Origin: a virus
Length of the DNA stretch: 64,000 nucleotides
Strand: one strand, 5' to 3'
Virus record (IMG/VR): IMGVR_UViG_3300027901_000002
Span: 1-64,000 of that record
The translations under genes were made by a program, and so were the position numbers. Shown piece by piece: positions 1 to 10,452 of this stretch. Numbering within the stretch: position 1 is the first letter of the stretch; every line of letters starts with the position of its first letter. The notes beneath the pieces were generated by a model, which was not told the DNA's origin, made no database searches, and worked only from the letters and a program-made list of their open reading frames with translations.

Positions 1-732
1 TGGGATTCCACAAAGCATTGCTTCAGTTGTTGGAGCACCCCACCCTTCACCACAATCAGTTGCTATGTAAGCGTTAACTGCTCTATAAACCATTGAAGTG
101 TCTGGAACGAAATCTCTCATCCACAAAATATTTTTAGGTAAATCTAAATCGTAGAACATTTTTGGAATACAATATCTATCGCTCCCCATTTTCATAATTA
201 GACAAACGTCTTTATCGTTGCCAAACTCCTCTTTAAACGCTTTCATCATCGTAACAAGATTTTTTCTTATGTCAACTCTTGCTACTGTAAAAAATTTAAA
301 CTTGAAATCTGTTTTAAGAACTAAATCGTGAGTTGGCCCGACTGGCGAAAACAATCCTCTTATGAATGGAAAGTTTACGACGTGAATTTTATCACTTTGC
401 GTTATTCTACTGAAAGATTCTTTACAGAAGGTAGATTGCGTCATAATAAAATGTGCTTGATGTAAAGCGTAAGACATATAATCAGGCGGTTTTTTTACTT
501 CTGTAACTGTGTAAAAACAATCTTGTGGCATAGTTGGTATTGCGTGCATAACTTTAAGAGGATTTTCTACTTTTGTTTTAGTCATAAAATATATTGGGTC
601 TTTTTTGTCCATAAAAGGATAAGGCGTTATTTTTACTTTATATCCCATATTGTGTAATATTTCAACGTACATTCTACCACAAATTCCATAACCGTTGCTT
701 CCAAAATTGTTAAGCCAATTTATGTCGATCAT
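1..732 (-). CDS. Glycosyltransferase family 4 (GT-B), truncated by window start
   Basis: Own translation: ATG at 732 overlaps the upstream stop (ATGA). Frame is open to position 1 with KFFTVARVDIRKNL and GEGWGAPTTEAMLCGIP (GT4 E-x7-E motif). Confidence 0.85.
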   Translation of the reverse strand, partial: MIDINWLNNFGSNGYGICGRMYVEILHNMGYKVKITPYPFMDKKDPIYFMTKTKVENPLKVMHAIPTMPQDCFYTVTEVKKPPDYMSYALHQAHFIMTQSTFCKESFSRITQSDKIHVVNFPFIRGLFSPVGPTHDLVLKTDFKFKFFTVARVDIRKNLVTMMKAFKEEFGNDKDVCLIMKMGSDRYCIPKMFYDLDLPKNILWMRDFVPDTSMVYRAVNAYIATDCGEGWGAPTTEAMLCGIP

Positions 733-1979
733 TCTTTAACCTCTGGAGTTATGTATCTATCGCTCCATTCTATTTTTATTGCGTCGCTGTCTATGAAACA
801 CGTTGGAACGTCTAATTTATCAAATATTTTCTTCCATCTCGGAACTATTACTTTCTTAGAACAATTCTTTTTAACCCAAAACATACCTCTCCTTCCCATT
901 TTCTTTCTTTCTTTTTCGTTTTCCAACATCCACAAAATTTTATCAACGAAATCTTTCATATCAACCCACGGTCTATAAATTCCTCTCTCCATTTTAGATT
1001 CTTTAATTTTTGCTATTAATCCTCTTTCTTCGTCTCCAGCAAACTCTGGCATAGTTGTACAATCACTAGCAACAAATGGTGTACCTGTTGCCATTGCTTC
1101 GCAAAAAGGTAGTCCGAATCCTTCACCACCGTGAGGAGAAATGTATAAATCTGCAATATTATAAAGTCTGTTTAAGAACATTGTTCCTACGCCAGTAGTC
1201 CATTGATTTTCTTCTGTGTAAATAATATTATCACTAATGTTTAAGCCGTGTATCAATTTTCTAACGTTTGGCTTTTCTAATACGCCATAGTCGTCAAAAT
1301 CAACGTGAAGATATAGCATAACATCGTCTCTAACATTACAAACTTCTTTAAAAGCAGAAAGTAGAAATTCTAAATTTTTCCTCCAAGAAGGTCTTCCAAC
1401 AAAAAGGAGTATTTTCTTACCTTTTATTTTTGGATTAAATCTATCTAACGCTTTTCTACTATATTCTTTTACGCTTAAAGGTCTAAAAACATCAGTATCA
1501 ACTATGTTATAAATCCAATCGTCTATTTCTATGTTGTATTTTTTTATAAAATCGTAGGCAAATTGACACATAGTAATTTTAACGTCTGGCGTTTGAATAG
1601 TACCAGCTGCTCTTAATAAAGCAGGTGCGTCGTGATTATCCCATGGAAACCAAGAAACCCAAGGAACCTGAATTGGTTTTCCTATTGGTATTCCAGAGTG
1701 GTGATGTATATCACCCATAGAAAAAACGCACATTGGATTTGTGTAATTTATAACCTTTTTTAATGTATGCGTAGTTCTAAGTTCTTCTCCTTCGTGAGCC
1801 CAAGTGACATAACCATCGTGTTCAAAAGGTCTACCGTATAAATATTGTTGACTTATAATGTGAAATTGGTAATAAGGCATTCCCGTTATCAATTCTTTTA
1901 CTTGTAAACCGTAAGAAAAAATAGTTTTTGGATCTTGACTTAAGACAACAATTCGCTGTCTGTCTGGATCTATTGACAT
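729..1979 (-). CDS. Glycosyltransferase family 4 (GT-B)
   Basis: LFVGRPSWRKN and GEGFGLPFCEAMATGTP motifs. Confidence 0.9.
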   Translation of the reverse strand: MSIDPDRQRIVVLSQDPKTIFSYGLQVKELITGMPYYQFHIISQQYLYGRPFEHDGYVTWAHEGEELRTTHTLKKVINYTNPMCVFSMGDIHHHSGIPIGKPIQVPWVSWFPWDNHDAPALLRAAGTIQTPDVKITMCQFAYDFIKKYNIEIDDWIYNIVDTDVFRPLSVKEYSRKALDRFNPKIKGKKILLFVGRPSWRKNLEFLLSAFKEVCNVRDDVMLYLHVDFDDYGVLEKPNVRKLIHGLNISDNIIYTEENQWTTGVGTMFLNRLYNIADLYISPHGGEGFGLPFCEAMATGTPFVASDCTTMPEFAGDEERGLIAKIKESKMERGIYRPWVDMKDFVDKILWMLENEKERKKMGRRGMFWVKKNCSKKVIVPRWKKIFDKLDVPTCFIDSDAIKIEWSDRYITPEVKE

Positions 1980-2000
1980 TTTTATTTCCTCATTTATTAT

Positions 2001-2023
2001 AATATTTTAAAAGTTTTTAAATA
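2001..2023 (-). promoter_or_regulatory. Putative archaeal TATA-type promoter motif (copy 1)
   Basis: Plus-strand AATATTTTAAAAGTTTTTAAATA in a short intergenic gap, near-identical to 47241-47264 and similar to 38402-38423. Confidence 0.55.
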
Positions 2024-2026
2024 ATC

Positions 2027-2374
2027 TTAAAAAAGTTTTTCTACCTCAAAATAACCACGTACGTGGTTTACTCTTATTTTCCATCCATATCTTTTAAGAT
2101 ACGTTCTAAATTGTGTTGTAAGGTTTATTTTTTTACTCTTCTTAGTTAGTACTTTTGACGGTAAGTATTCAAAGACTCTCTTCAACCTATCAAGTACAAA
2201 AACCTCTGGTCTACCTCTTCGTTCGTGTTCTCTATTAAGAACGTTAGCGAAAATACTTGCGTATCCTCTAATACTGTTTATTTCTTCCCTCCATCTTCGA
2301 AGTCTTCCAACGCCTTTCTTTAGATTCTCCTCTATTTCAAGTTTTCTAATTGCGTCTTTTCTTTTTAAGTCCAT
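2027..2374 (-). CDS. Hypothetical basic protein, possibly DNA-binding
   Basis: 115-aa K/R-rich ORF in operon orientation. Confidence 0.6.
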   Translation of the reverse strand: MDLKRKDAIRKLEIEENLKKGVGRLRRWREEINSIRGYASIFANVLNREHERRGRPEVFVLDRLKRVFEYLPSKVLTKKSKKINLTTQFRTYLKRYGWKIRVNHVRGYFEVEKLF

Positions 2375-2679
2375 ATACTCGTACCATTCTTCTTCTGTAA
2401 TTTCTGGAATACAACATCACTCTCCGAAACGTAATAATATCCTATTTTGTAATCTGCATATTTAACGGTATTTTTTTGATGATATATTTTTACTTTATCT
2501 ATTATAACTCTATATTCGTTGTAATAAACTTCATCGCTTTTTAATTTCCATTCTTTGTCATAAGGAACGTAAATATTAGCTTTTATAATTTGGTCTTGAG
2601 ATATTTCTACATAACCGTTTACTATTCTTTCGTAATCATCAGCAATAGGAATTTTATTGTTTTTAGTTAAGACTAATAT
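2365..2679 (-). CDS. Hypothetical protein (104 aa) with probable ATA start, absent from the ORF track
   Basis: Open frame filling the gap between two genes (IADDYERIVNGYVEI...VKYADYKIGYYY). AGGAGGGG lies just upstream and a TAATA stop/start overlap joins it to the helicase gene. Confidence 0.65.
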   Translation of the reverse strand: MLVLTKNNKIPIADDYERIVNGYVEISQDQIIKANIYVPYDKEWKLKSDEVYYNEYRVIIDKVKIYHQKNTVKYADYKIGYYYVSESDVVFQKLQKKNGTSIWT

Positions 2680-4484
2680 TAAAATCCCCTCCTTCCAACT
2701 CTTATTAAAAATTCTTCTTCGTTGTTTATTTCGTCAACTACTTTTATTTTTCCCCAACTAACTTCTATTACTCCTTCTTCTTCTAAAACGCTAATTATGT
2801 GATTTGTTTTGCTCCTAGTTAAACCTAACGCTTCCCCTAAAGTTGTTTTATTTAATGAAGTTTGTTTTAGAACTTGTTTTAAAGTGTCGAAAAACAACCT
2901 CTTTTTACCTCCTTTTACATAAGAGAGCATGTCGTCGTACATCATATATTTTGCTTCTGGAACTAATCTTTTATAACCAGTAGAAGAGAATATAAATATT
3001 TCTCTTTTATTTTCTCTCTTTCTACCTCTTGGAGTTTTTTGGAAGCTTTGTCTCAACCTTCCAAACCCTTGTTTAATTTCGTCTTCTCTGTGAACTTTAA
3101 TAATAATATCTTCGTCCCACCCTAAAACGTTTCTTATTATTTCTACTTGAAAAGGTGGTATGTTAGGCTCGTGAAACACCACACAAGTATCACAATCTTC
3201 GTAGTAAGAATTACGAGACCTTAAATTGAAGAACGTAGCAAACACGTAATTGCTTATTTCGTCTTCTTTTAATTTTTTTCTTAAAACGCTTTGCACCCTT
3301 TTTGTTGCGCAAATTAAAACTTTTCCTTTTTTATACTCACAAATAGTTTTTAGTAATTCGTATAATCTTAAACCAGAAGAAGTAAAATCGTTTTTTCTTA
3401 TTATTGTGCTAGTAGGATACCTAGCTCCTATTAATTGATAAGTGTTTTTATATTCTATATCGAAACTTATTGATTTACAATCTTCTCCTAAAACGCTTTG
3501 CCAAGTTGGCAAATCAGCAGTTCCGTCTAAAGCAATAACTTTATTTGGCAAGGTTCTAAAAGAAGGTATGTTAGAAATAGTAAGGTGAATCATCCCTTTG
3601 TGCCACTGGTCGCTTTCGCTTTTATAAATCAACCACCTTAATTCTTGAACGTCTGGTCTTTTTTTATATATTTCAATTAAGAAGTGAATTATGTCCTTAG
3701 GTGGAGTTTTTATTCTTTCTTTTGTTATTAATTCTAATAATTTTCCATCGTACTCTTCTTTAAAATCATCAAAATCTAATCTTCTAATCGTAGAAATCAT
3801 TGAATATATCTTAGCGTAGTTTATTGCAATACTATTTGTTGCTAAAGATAATTCGTCTAACATTAATCTTAAAACGTAGCTTTCGTTTCTTTCTATTTCT
3901 GTTAATTGTAAAACGTCTCTAGTATAATCAAGATCTTTTTTTGTAATAGAAATTTGGTTGTAAATCGTGTTAGAAGGAAACTCGTCTATAATAATAACGT
4001 CGTAATAATTAAACAAGCATTTATTTTGCCACTTTTCGTATAAAAGCGTCTGTAACAAAGTTGGGATGTGAGAATGAACGCCAGCAAAACAAGTCGGCAT
4101 TTCTCTTATTATTCTTAAATTTTCGTAGTAAGGACATTTACTATCTTTGTACGAACAAAAATTTTCGCAAAACGGGGTTATGTTTATTCCTTGTTCAGCT
4201 ATTGCTCTATATTCTCTTGACAAACAAAGGTTTTTCCTAGACTGTAAATGTACAAGATTGTGAAAATCTATAACTTTTGATAGTTCTATGTTTTCTTCTA
4301 TAACTTTGTGATATGGAGCAAAGTACATCCAAGTAAATCCATCCTCGCATTCGTAAAGAGTTTTAAGAACTGTCGTTGTTTTTCCAGATCCCGTAAAAGT
4401 ATTAAAAATAATATTGCCAGTACCGTACCGAACGTGGTTTAAAGATTCTTGTTGAATATAGCTTCTTATTTTTCGTTTGTTCAT
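2679..4484 (-). CDS. SF2 helicase with XPD/DinG-like Cys cluster and C-terminal wHTH
   Basis: Walker A TGSGKTT, Walker B IIIDEF, SRKNLC...CENFC...CPYY cysteines, motif VI QGFGRLR, C-terminal HTH-like segment. Confidence 0.8.
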   Translation of the reverse strand: MNKRKIRSYIQQESLNHVRYGTGNIIFNTFTGSGKTTTVLKTLYECEDGFTWMYFAPYHKVIEENIELSKVIDFHNLVHLQSRKNLCLSREYRAIAEQGINITPFCENFCSYKDSKCPYYENLRIIREMPTCFAGVHSHIPTLLQTLLYEKWQNKCLFNYYDVIIIDEFPSNTIYNQISITKKDLDYTRDVLQLTEIERNESYVLRLMLDELSLATNSIAINYAKIYSMISTIRRLDFDDFKEEYDGKLLELITKERIKTPPKDIIHFLIEIYKKRPDVQELRWLIYKSESDQWHKGMIHLTISNIPSFRTLPNKVIALDGTADLPTWQSVLGEDCKSISFDIEYKNTYQLIGARYPTSTIIRKNDFTSSGLRLYELLKTICEYKKGKVLICATKRVQSVLRKKLKEDEISNYVFATFFNLRSRNSYYEDCDTCVVFHEPNIPPFQVEIIRNVLGWDEDIIIKVHREDEIKQGFGRLRQSFQKTPRGRKRENKREIFIFSSTGYKRLVPEAKYMMYDDMLSYVKGGKKRLFFDTLKQVLKQTSLNKTTLGEALGLTRSKTNHIISVLEEEGVIEVSWGKIKVVDEINNEEEFLIRVGRRGF

Positions 4485-4791
4485 TCATTTCCTTCCTCTT
4501 CTGGATATGGATTAAAAAACCACAATCCAGACAAACACCACGCTAAAGCTTGGCTTAAACTATGTGGTTTTGATTCTTTAGTTTCTGGAACTTGACCTAC
4601 CCAATCAATCAGACACATTTTCAACAACTTCTAAGATTATAGTTCCTATATATTTATTTCTTTCTCCTTTATAGGTTATGTAGGTCGGTCTAACTGTAAA
4701 AGTTAAATTGAGAAACGATACGTCAAATTCTTTTTCTTCCAACATTTTTTTTAATATTTCTAAGAGGTTTGTCTCTTCGTAATCAACCCCT

Positions 4792-5568
4792 TCAAACGTG
4801 ATTTTCATTTAACAACATCTCTTTATTTTTTTGTATAAATTTTGGCCCGAATCCTTTTACGTTTTCGAAAGCTCCAATAACGCCTTTCAAGTTTCCAGTC
4901 CTAGTATATAAAACACCTGATTCGATTATTGCCTTAAATATTTCCCAAGGACTGTTAAATATTTCTAACAAAGTATCTGCTTTTTTGTTAGAAACGTCTA
5001 ATAATTTGCAAATTATTTTCTTTTGGTCGCTCCAACCAGTGTATTTGTCGTCCAAAGTTTCGTGTATTTGAGGAGCTTCTCCACATTTCTTGTCCAATCT
5101 TTCTAATTCTCTTACTACCTCGTATATATCGTCAATTTGCCACATACAAATATCGTATTGACGAAGCGTTACTCTCATCGATTTGATCCATCCTCTCAAG
5201 TTTTTGTTGTGAGGATCGTCTGCCATCACAGATATAAACCCTTCTAAGAAGAGAAACTTCCATCCTTCGAAATACCTAGCCATCTTAGCAGCTTGATCGT
5301 GTAAAGATTTATCGAGCATAGAAGCTACAAAGTCTTGAGGTTTTTTCTTTTCAACTAAGAAAGTTCTATTCGTGTTTGTGTAATCACCAGCTCTTTCTGA
5401 AATTATTTGTCTGCCTCCACAATTAGGACATTCCTCGAAAGGTTTGAAATCAACTTTTTTACACGCTTTACAATGGTAAAATTTTATTTCCGCTTTAATG
5501 TAAGGAACTCCTAATTCTTCAAACGCGTCGAAAACGTATTGTTTTTCTCCGCTATCTATCACTATCAA
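4792..5568 (-). CDS. ERCC4/XPF-family nuclease with Zn ribbon insertion and HhH
   Basis: IDSGE...GDY...VEKK...DF..S...L.DQ ERCC4 signature, CxxC..CxxC insertion, VKGFGPK HhH. Confidence 0.85.
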   Translation of the reverse strand: MIVIDSGEKQYVFDAFEELGVPYIKAEIKFYHCKACKKVDFKPFEECPNCGGRQIISERAGDYTNTNRTFLVEKKKPQDFVASMLDKSLHDQAAKMARYFEGWKFLFLEGFISVMADDPHNKNLRGWIKSMRVTLRQYDICMWQIDDIYEVVRELERLDKKCGEAPQIHETLDDKYTGWSDQKKIICKLLDVSNKKADTLLEIFNSPWEIFKAIIESGVLYTRTGNLKGVIGAFENVKGFGPKFIQKNKEMLLNENHV

Positions 5569-5962
5569 GTTTCATCCTTTTTCTTATTTCGTCTATTAAT
5601 CTCTTAAAAAACGCGTGGCTAACTGCTTTAAAAAAGGGTTCGTCTTCTCTATCAATCAAGTCTATTATACAAATCTCCAAACCTTTAATCAATTGTCAGT
5701 CGTCCATCATTTTAAATTGACCAGAATCAAAATCCCTATTTAAAATCTTTTCGTCCTCTATCATTTACAAAACTCTTTTTCTATTAAACCTAATAACGAT
5801 ATACTTCTACTTTCTACGTGGTAGAATTGTTGTTTATCCGTAGTTTCAGTAGGCTTCATAAATCCAACTGTAATTGTTGTATTTTTAGCTTCTTCTTCAG
5901 TAAAACACATGTGAAAAATCAAAAAATGTTTGTTGTTGTTTATTTTTAACGTAAATTCTTTT

Positions 5963-6499
5963 TTATCCATCCTTCATGCCGAACTCTTCTAATAATTCTT
6001 CGTAACTTTCGTGTGGGTATTTTCCTTCTGTTGTTATAACGTGATCCAATCCGTGTGGATTCGGTTCGTATACTTGAGTTATACCAGTAAAGTTTTTTAT
6101 TTCTCCATTTAAAGCTTTTTTGTATAATCCTTTTGGATCTCTACCAACACAGGTTTCTAATCTACATCGTAGATTAATTAAAACTAACCTCTTCCCAAGA
6201 AATTCTCTAAGAAATAATCTCATTGATTCTAGTGGCGTAATAAACGAACAAACAACGTAAATTCCAAATTCAGACACAATTTTTGCTACCCACGCTACTC
6301 TTCTTATATTTTCAAATCTATCGTCTAAAGAATAACCAAGATCTTTAGTTAAAAATTTTCTTGTTATATCTCCATCTAATCTTAATACTTGGTGTTCGTC
6401 TTTTTGTAATTTTTTAGCAAAGGCATCTGCTAAAGTGGTTTTCCCACTAGCAGACAAACCGTAAAACCAAAAAACTCTTCCTTTACCCAAAATATTCAC
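5963..6499 (-). CDS. cysC: Adenylylsulfate (APS) kinase
   Basis: WFYGLSASGKTT, LDGD, RDPKGLYKKA..GEIKNFTGI..YE.P. Confidence 0.95.
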   Translation of the reverse strand: MNILGKGRVFWFYGLSASGKTTLADAFAKKLQKDEHQVLRLDGDITRKFLTKDLGYSLDDRFENIRRVAWVAKIVSEFGIYVVCSFITPLESMRLFLREFLGKRLVLINLRCRLETCVGRDPKGLYKKALNGEIKNFTGITQVYEPNPHGLDHVITTEGKYPHESYEELLEEFGMKDG

Positions 6500-6628
6500 T
6501 CTTTTTTAGTTTGTCTCTTTCTATTATTATTGTATATCTTTCAAAAATCTCATCGTCTGATCGAGCCACCTCAACATAGTAGCCCATCCCTCTTAACTTT
6601 CTTGCTAGTTCCATTATTTTTTCCCATA

Positions 6629-7669
6629 TCATAACAAATTTGCAATCCTTTGGCATTTAAAACAAAACGGAGGACACACCCCTTGAGCCTTTAACTTTTT
6701 AGGATTAAAAACTCTGTTTTTAATGTAGGCGTATTGCGCTTGTCCTTCGCATATAGAATGTATTCCTTCCTCTTTTAGTAAAGCGACTAAGAGATTTACG
6801 CAATCGTCAAATTCTAATCTAACGACACTTTTGAAGTACTTTATTAGTTCCCACCTCAAATAATGTCCTACATAATCCATACTTAAAATGTGTTTTATAG
6901 GGTCGCAAAATTCTTCAACTTTCCAACCGTATTTATCAAGTATTTTACAAGCGTCTGGATTATCCTTCAATTGTATAAACAATTGTTTCTTCTTTATTTT
7001 ATCTTCGTCTATTTCAAAATTGTTAAGACTGAAAATTTCCTCCCCGTAAATAAACCTTTCTCTAAATCTAGGGGTTTCCGCTAAAGAATGAATTTTATTA
7101 TAAGAAAAACTTAATTCTTCTTCTTTTAATGGAATACAATAACATTTTCTATGCTCTCCAAAATTATAAGAATTTAGAACTCTCATCATTCTACTAGTGT
7201 CTCCAACAGTAGCTGGGTCTATATCAAGACCTACTTCTTTTCCTAAAGTAAGCATTCCATCCCTTAATTTTAAAGGGTGTCCTTGTGCTTTGACGATTCC
7301 GTAGAATCCTCCTCCACTGAAGACGTACTCTCGCATGTAATTTTTACTTTCACACCATTCAGCAAATCTTCTAATAGATTCGATACCTGCGTCCGTATAC
7401 GATTCAATTGTTTCTCCGTTAAGCTTGATTGTTTTGTAAGAATCCAAGTCAAGACTAATTCTGGTAATAATTGCGGTAGTGTAGTCAGGGCCCCATCTTG
7501 TATAGTTACCAAAACGGTCAAATTTTTCTTCTTGGTCTGTAAACCAATAGATAGAATGGTAGACGTTTGTAAACGACTTGAATCTATTGAAATCCTGTAT
7601 GGCGTCTCCTTTGGTAGCAAACATTCTTCTAAATGGTTTACGACCGCTAGCACCAGTTTCGATATACAC
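6629..7669 (-). CDS. Archaeo-eukaryotic primase (PriS-like) fused to PriL-like C-terminal region
   Basis: LDLD, FSGGGFY, D..RMMRV.NSYN AEP motifs. C-terminal GHYLRWELIKYF and CPPFCFKC. Confidence 0.8.
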   Translation of the reverse strand: MYIETGASGRKPFRRMFATKGDAIQDFNRFKSFTNVYHSIYWFTDQEEKFDRFGNYTRWGPDYTTAIITRISLDLDSYKTIKLNGETIESYTDAGIESIRRFAEWCESKNYMREYVFSGGGFYGIVKAQGHPLKLRDGMLTLGKEVGLDIDPATVGDTSRMMRVLNSYNFGEHRKCYCIPLKEEELSFSYNKIHSLAETPRFRERFIYGEEIFSLNNFEIDEDKIKKKQLFIQLKDNPDACKILDKYGWKVEEFCDPIKHILSMDYVGHYLRWELIKYFKSVVRLEFDDCVNLLVALLKEEGIHSICEGQAQYAYIKNRVFNPKKLKAQGVCPPFCFKCQRIANLL

Positions 7670-7848
7670 ACTTTATTCTTCCTCCCAAATGTGAAAATCT
7701 ATAACTTTTTCTGGCCACTTTTCTAATGCGTTTATAATCCATTTTTTAAATTCTTCAGCCAGTTTCTTTTTACAATCTTCTTCGTTTTCAAACGCATCAA
7801 CTCTTGTACCTATTTTCATTACTCTTAAAGTAGCAGACATTAATTTCA

Positions 7849-9003
7849 TTATATTCCCCTAAATTCGTTTTCTATTTCTTTTAAACAATCCTCGTTTCTA
7901 CTACAATTTACGCATCTATATTTGTTGTACTCTGGTCTCGTTTTCATTCGCCTAATCGGATAATACTTGTCTTCGTTTCTATAAAACCACGATTGTCTTA
8001 TTTCGTTTATTCTAAACAAAACCGTTTTTAAAGAAGTGTAATTAAATTTCTTTTTTACAACAACAGGGTTTTGTATGTCTGGATCTCCAGTAAGAAAAAT
8101 TATACCAAGTATTATATCTCCGTGTTCGAAAGATTGAAACTTTTGTGTTTTTTGGTTAAATCTATAAAGTTTATGGTCTATATTTCCTATATATTTTCTT
8201 TTCTCGTCGTCTATTTCTTTTTGTTCTTCTTTTGTTGTTCCTAAACCAAATTTTTTCCAATTTCCATCTTCGTCTAAGTACAAATTTTCGATAATAAACT
8301 TTCTAACTCTTTCGTCTTTAAAGTTCCATCCTCGTTTTAAGAGATACAGTAAAGCGTAGAAGTGTACTTCAAACATAAACTTAGGTGGAACTTCTACTGA
8401 AGTTTCGTCTGCAATATGTTTTCTTCCTTTTAAAACTTTGTTTGGAATTTTTCCAGTTTTGTAATCAGCGACGTATATACCTTCGTCTAAACTCTCGTCT
8501 ATTTCTAAAAACACTGTGTCAATAGTGCCGTATATCTCAAACTCTTCGCTATAATAAAATTCTTCTACTTCAACTGGCTTAAAATATTTCCAAACCTTAA
8601 ATTTGTTTCCATTGAACAATTGATATAGATATAAAAATCTATCTGCGTGTATACATGCAAACTTCCAAAATATTCTTTGTAACACTGCAACCTCCCTGTC
8701 ATATTCTGGAGTTATAGACATACAAATACCATAGAAGTAATACGTAACTGGGTTGTTTTCAGTTCCAATTGTTGGATTAATTTCTAAAGTATAAAGATAA
8801 TCAAAGTCTAAATTATCCCAAAAACTAGAAAATATAAGGTGCGTATCTGTTCCAACATCACATCTTTTTGTGAAGTCCTCTGGTTTCTCTCCTAATACGT
8901 ATTTAGTATAAAATAGATAAGGACAAAAGTAAGAATGAGTTTTTATCTTACTTTTTGCTACATGCGGCATTTTTTTGTAATGATAATATCCTCTAGGTTC
9001 CAC
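7849..9003 (-). CDS. Cas4/AddB-like PD-(D/E)XK exonuclease with Fe-S cysteines
   Basis: N-terminal CP and GT..H, GTID...DYKTG, C-terminal CxxCx5C. No CRISPR locus nearby. Confidence 0.85.
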   Translation of the reverse strand: MEPRGYYHYKKMPHVAKSKIKTHSYFCPYLFYTKYVLGEKPEDFTKRCDVGTDTHLIFSSFWDNLDFDYLYTLEINPTIGTENNPVTYYFYGICMSITPEYDREVAVLQRIFWKFACIHADRFLYLYQLFNGNKFKVWKYFKPVEVEEFYYSEEFEIYGTIDTVFLEIDESLDEGIYVADYKTGKIPNKVLKGRKHIADETSVEVPPKFMFEVHFYALLYLLKRGWNFKDERVRKFIIENLYLDEDGNWKKFGLGTTKEEQKEIDDEKRKYIGNIDHKLYRFNQKTQKFQSFEHGDIILGIIFLTGDPDIQNPVVVKKKFNYTSLKTVLFRINEIRQSWFYRNEDKYYPIRRMKTRPEYNKYRCVNCSRNEDCLKEIENEFRGI

Positions 9004-9754
9004 TTTTCTCCTCTTCTTTTATAATTTTCCAGTATCTATTACTAATATCTTCGGTTTTTTCTATCATATATTCGTCTAACCAATTTTTCCAGTCGTTTTC
9101 TATTCCTTTTCTTCTCCACTCGTCTCTTCTTATTTCCTTTCCTGGTTCTCTTCCGCTTTTATTTTTGAAAGAATGTTTTATACATAACCTCCTTATACTA
9201 GTATCTGGAACTTTTGAATCCAAAAACTTGCAAATTGTTTTGACTTCTTTGTAAGTATCATTCACTAACCAATGATAACAAGTCCAAACATAAGTTTGTT
9301 TCACGCTAGGATCGTATTTTTTAGTACTCATCCCCCTCACCATAAGCGGAAATTGTCTTTCGTTGTGGCGCCACGGTAATTCCAAATTAAAGACTGCCTT
9401 AACTGCTTCTAAATCAGAAGGAGCGTCTTTAATAATTTTCAACCCTCGACCTGGTGGTTTGTATCGTTGATGAAATGTCCAAGACACCATTCTATCTCTT
9501 GGATTCCTAACTATTCCAATAACTTTGTAATCCACTGGTTTTATGTTTTCGTACAATTCCTCTCTAATAACGTGGTGAAATTTCACTATCCTCCGCTCAG
9601 CAAACCTTTCTCTCACTGTAGTAGCACAAGTAGGCAAGTCCTTAAAGTCAAGTTCTGCGCTAACTTTCATCCCAAACAATTCAGACAAGAGATAATGAAG
9701 CCATCGAGAACCAACTCTCATTTCACTAATTATTATTATTTTCATTTTTATCAC
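8993..9754 (-). CDS. PAPS-dependent sulfotransferase
   Basis: 5'-PSB-like MRVGSRWL, 3'-PB VRNPRDRMVS, C-terminal RKG..NDWKN. Confidence 0.88.
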   Translation of the reverse strand: MIKMKIIIISEMRVGSRWLHYLLSELFGMKVSAELDFKDLPTCATTVRERFAERRIVKFHHVIREELYENIKPVDYKVIGIVRNPRDRMVSWTFHQRYKPPGRGLKIIKDAPSDLEAVKAVFNLELPWRHNERQFPLMVRGMSTKKYDPSVKQTYVWTCYHWLVNDTYKEVKTICKFLDSKVPDTSIRRLCIKHSFKNKSGREPGKEIRRDEWRRKGIENDWKNWLDEYMIEKTEDISNRYWKIIKEEEKSGT

Positions 9755-10452
9755 ATTTTTTTTATGTAAATACTTCCCCCTGTGCTTTTACAAACCAAGG
9801 GAAAATCTTCTTCTAATAGAATTTTTAATTTGTGTTGTATATAATGGTTAAAAAACATTATCTTAAAATTTGTATTACTTTCTAAAAAATATCTTAATTC
9901 AAATAATTCTGTATATCCCCTCCCCTCTTCTATATATTGTGGTATGTATATCCAGGGATAGAAAATGTCGTGTATGTGAATATAAACGCCTTCGTTTAAT
10001 ATAGGTAATATTTTATGTAAATAAAATCCAACGTCTTCCTCCTTATGCGAAGTATCAATAAATAACAAATCGTTTCTTTTAAGAGAATCAAAAATTCTCA
10101 AATTAACGTTTTCTAATTTATTATTAATTTTACCTTGATTGTTTGGTATATATCTTTTCATTTTGGTGTCGTTTTTGTCTATAAAAAGACAATCTATGTT
10201 GTTGTTAAAATACTTTTTATTAACAAACATTAATATCTTAGACGAATTACCAACACCTACTTCTATAACTCTTTTTGGTTTTATTAAACGCAAAAAACAA
10301 TAATAAAAAATCCCATCACAATAAGAAAAATCACTGTGAGGAAAAAAAGTTAAGAAATGTTGTGGCATTTCGTCATAATATCTTTTAAATTGTGCCAATA
10401 AATGTACTTGCGTTTGTACGTTTAAATCTATATTTTCTCTATAAGACACCAC
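9751..10452 (-). CDS. Class I SAM-dependent methyltransferase (Methyltransf_24-like)
   Basis: KPKRVIEVGVGNS, LFIDTSH, GVYIHIHDIF.P. Confidence 0.85.
   Translation of the reverse strand: MVSYRENIDLNVQTQVHLLAQFKRYYDEMPQHFLTFFPHSDFSYCDGIFYYCFLRLIKPKRVIEVGVGNSSKILMFVNKKYFNNNIDCLFIDKNDTKMKRYIPNNQGKINNKLENVNLRIFDSLKRNDLLFIDTSHKEEDVGFYLHKILPILNEGVYIHIHDIFYPWIYIPQYIEEGRGYTELFELRYFLESNTNFKIMFFNHYIQHKLKILLEEDFPLVCKSTGGSIYIKKM

Noticed and set aside
7849-9003. Cas4 as part of a CRISPR-Cas system
   Set aside because: No array or other cas genes. Solitary Cas4-like nucleases are common in archaeal viral replication modules.
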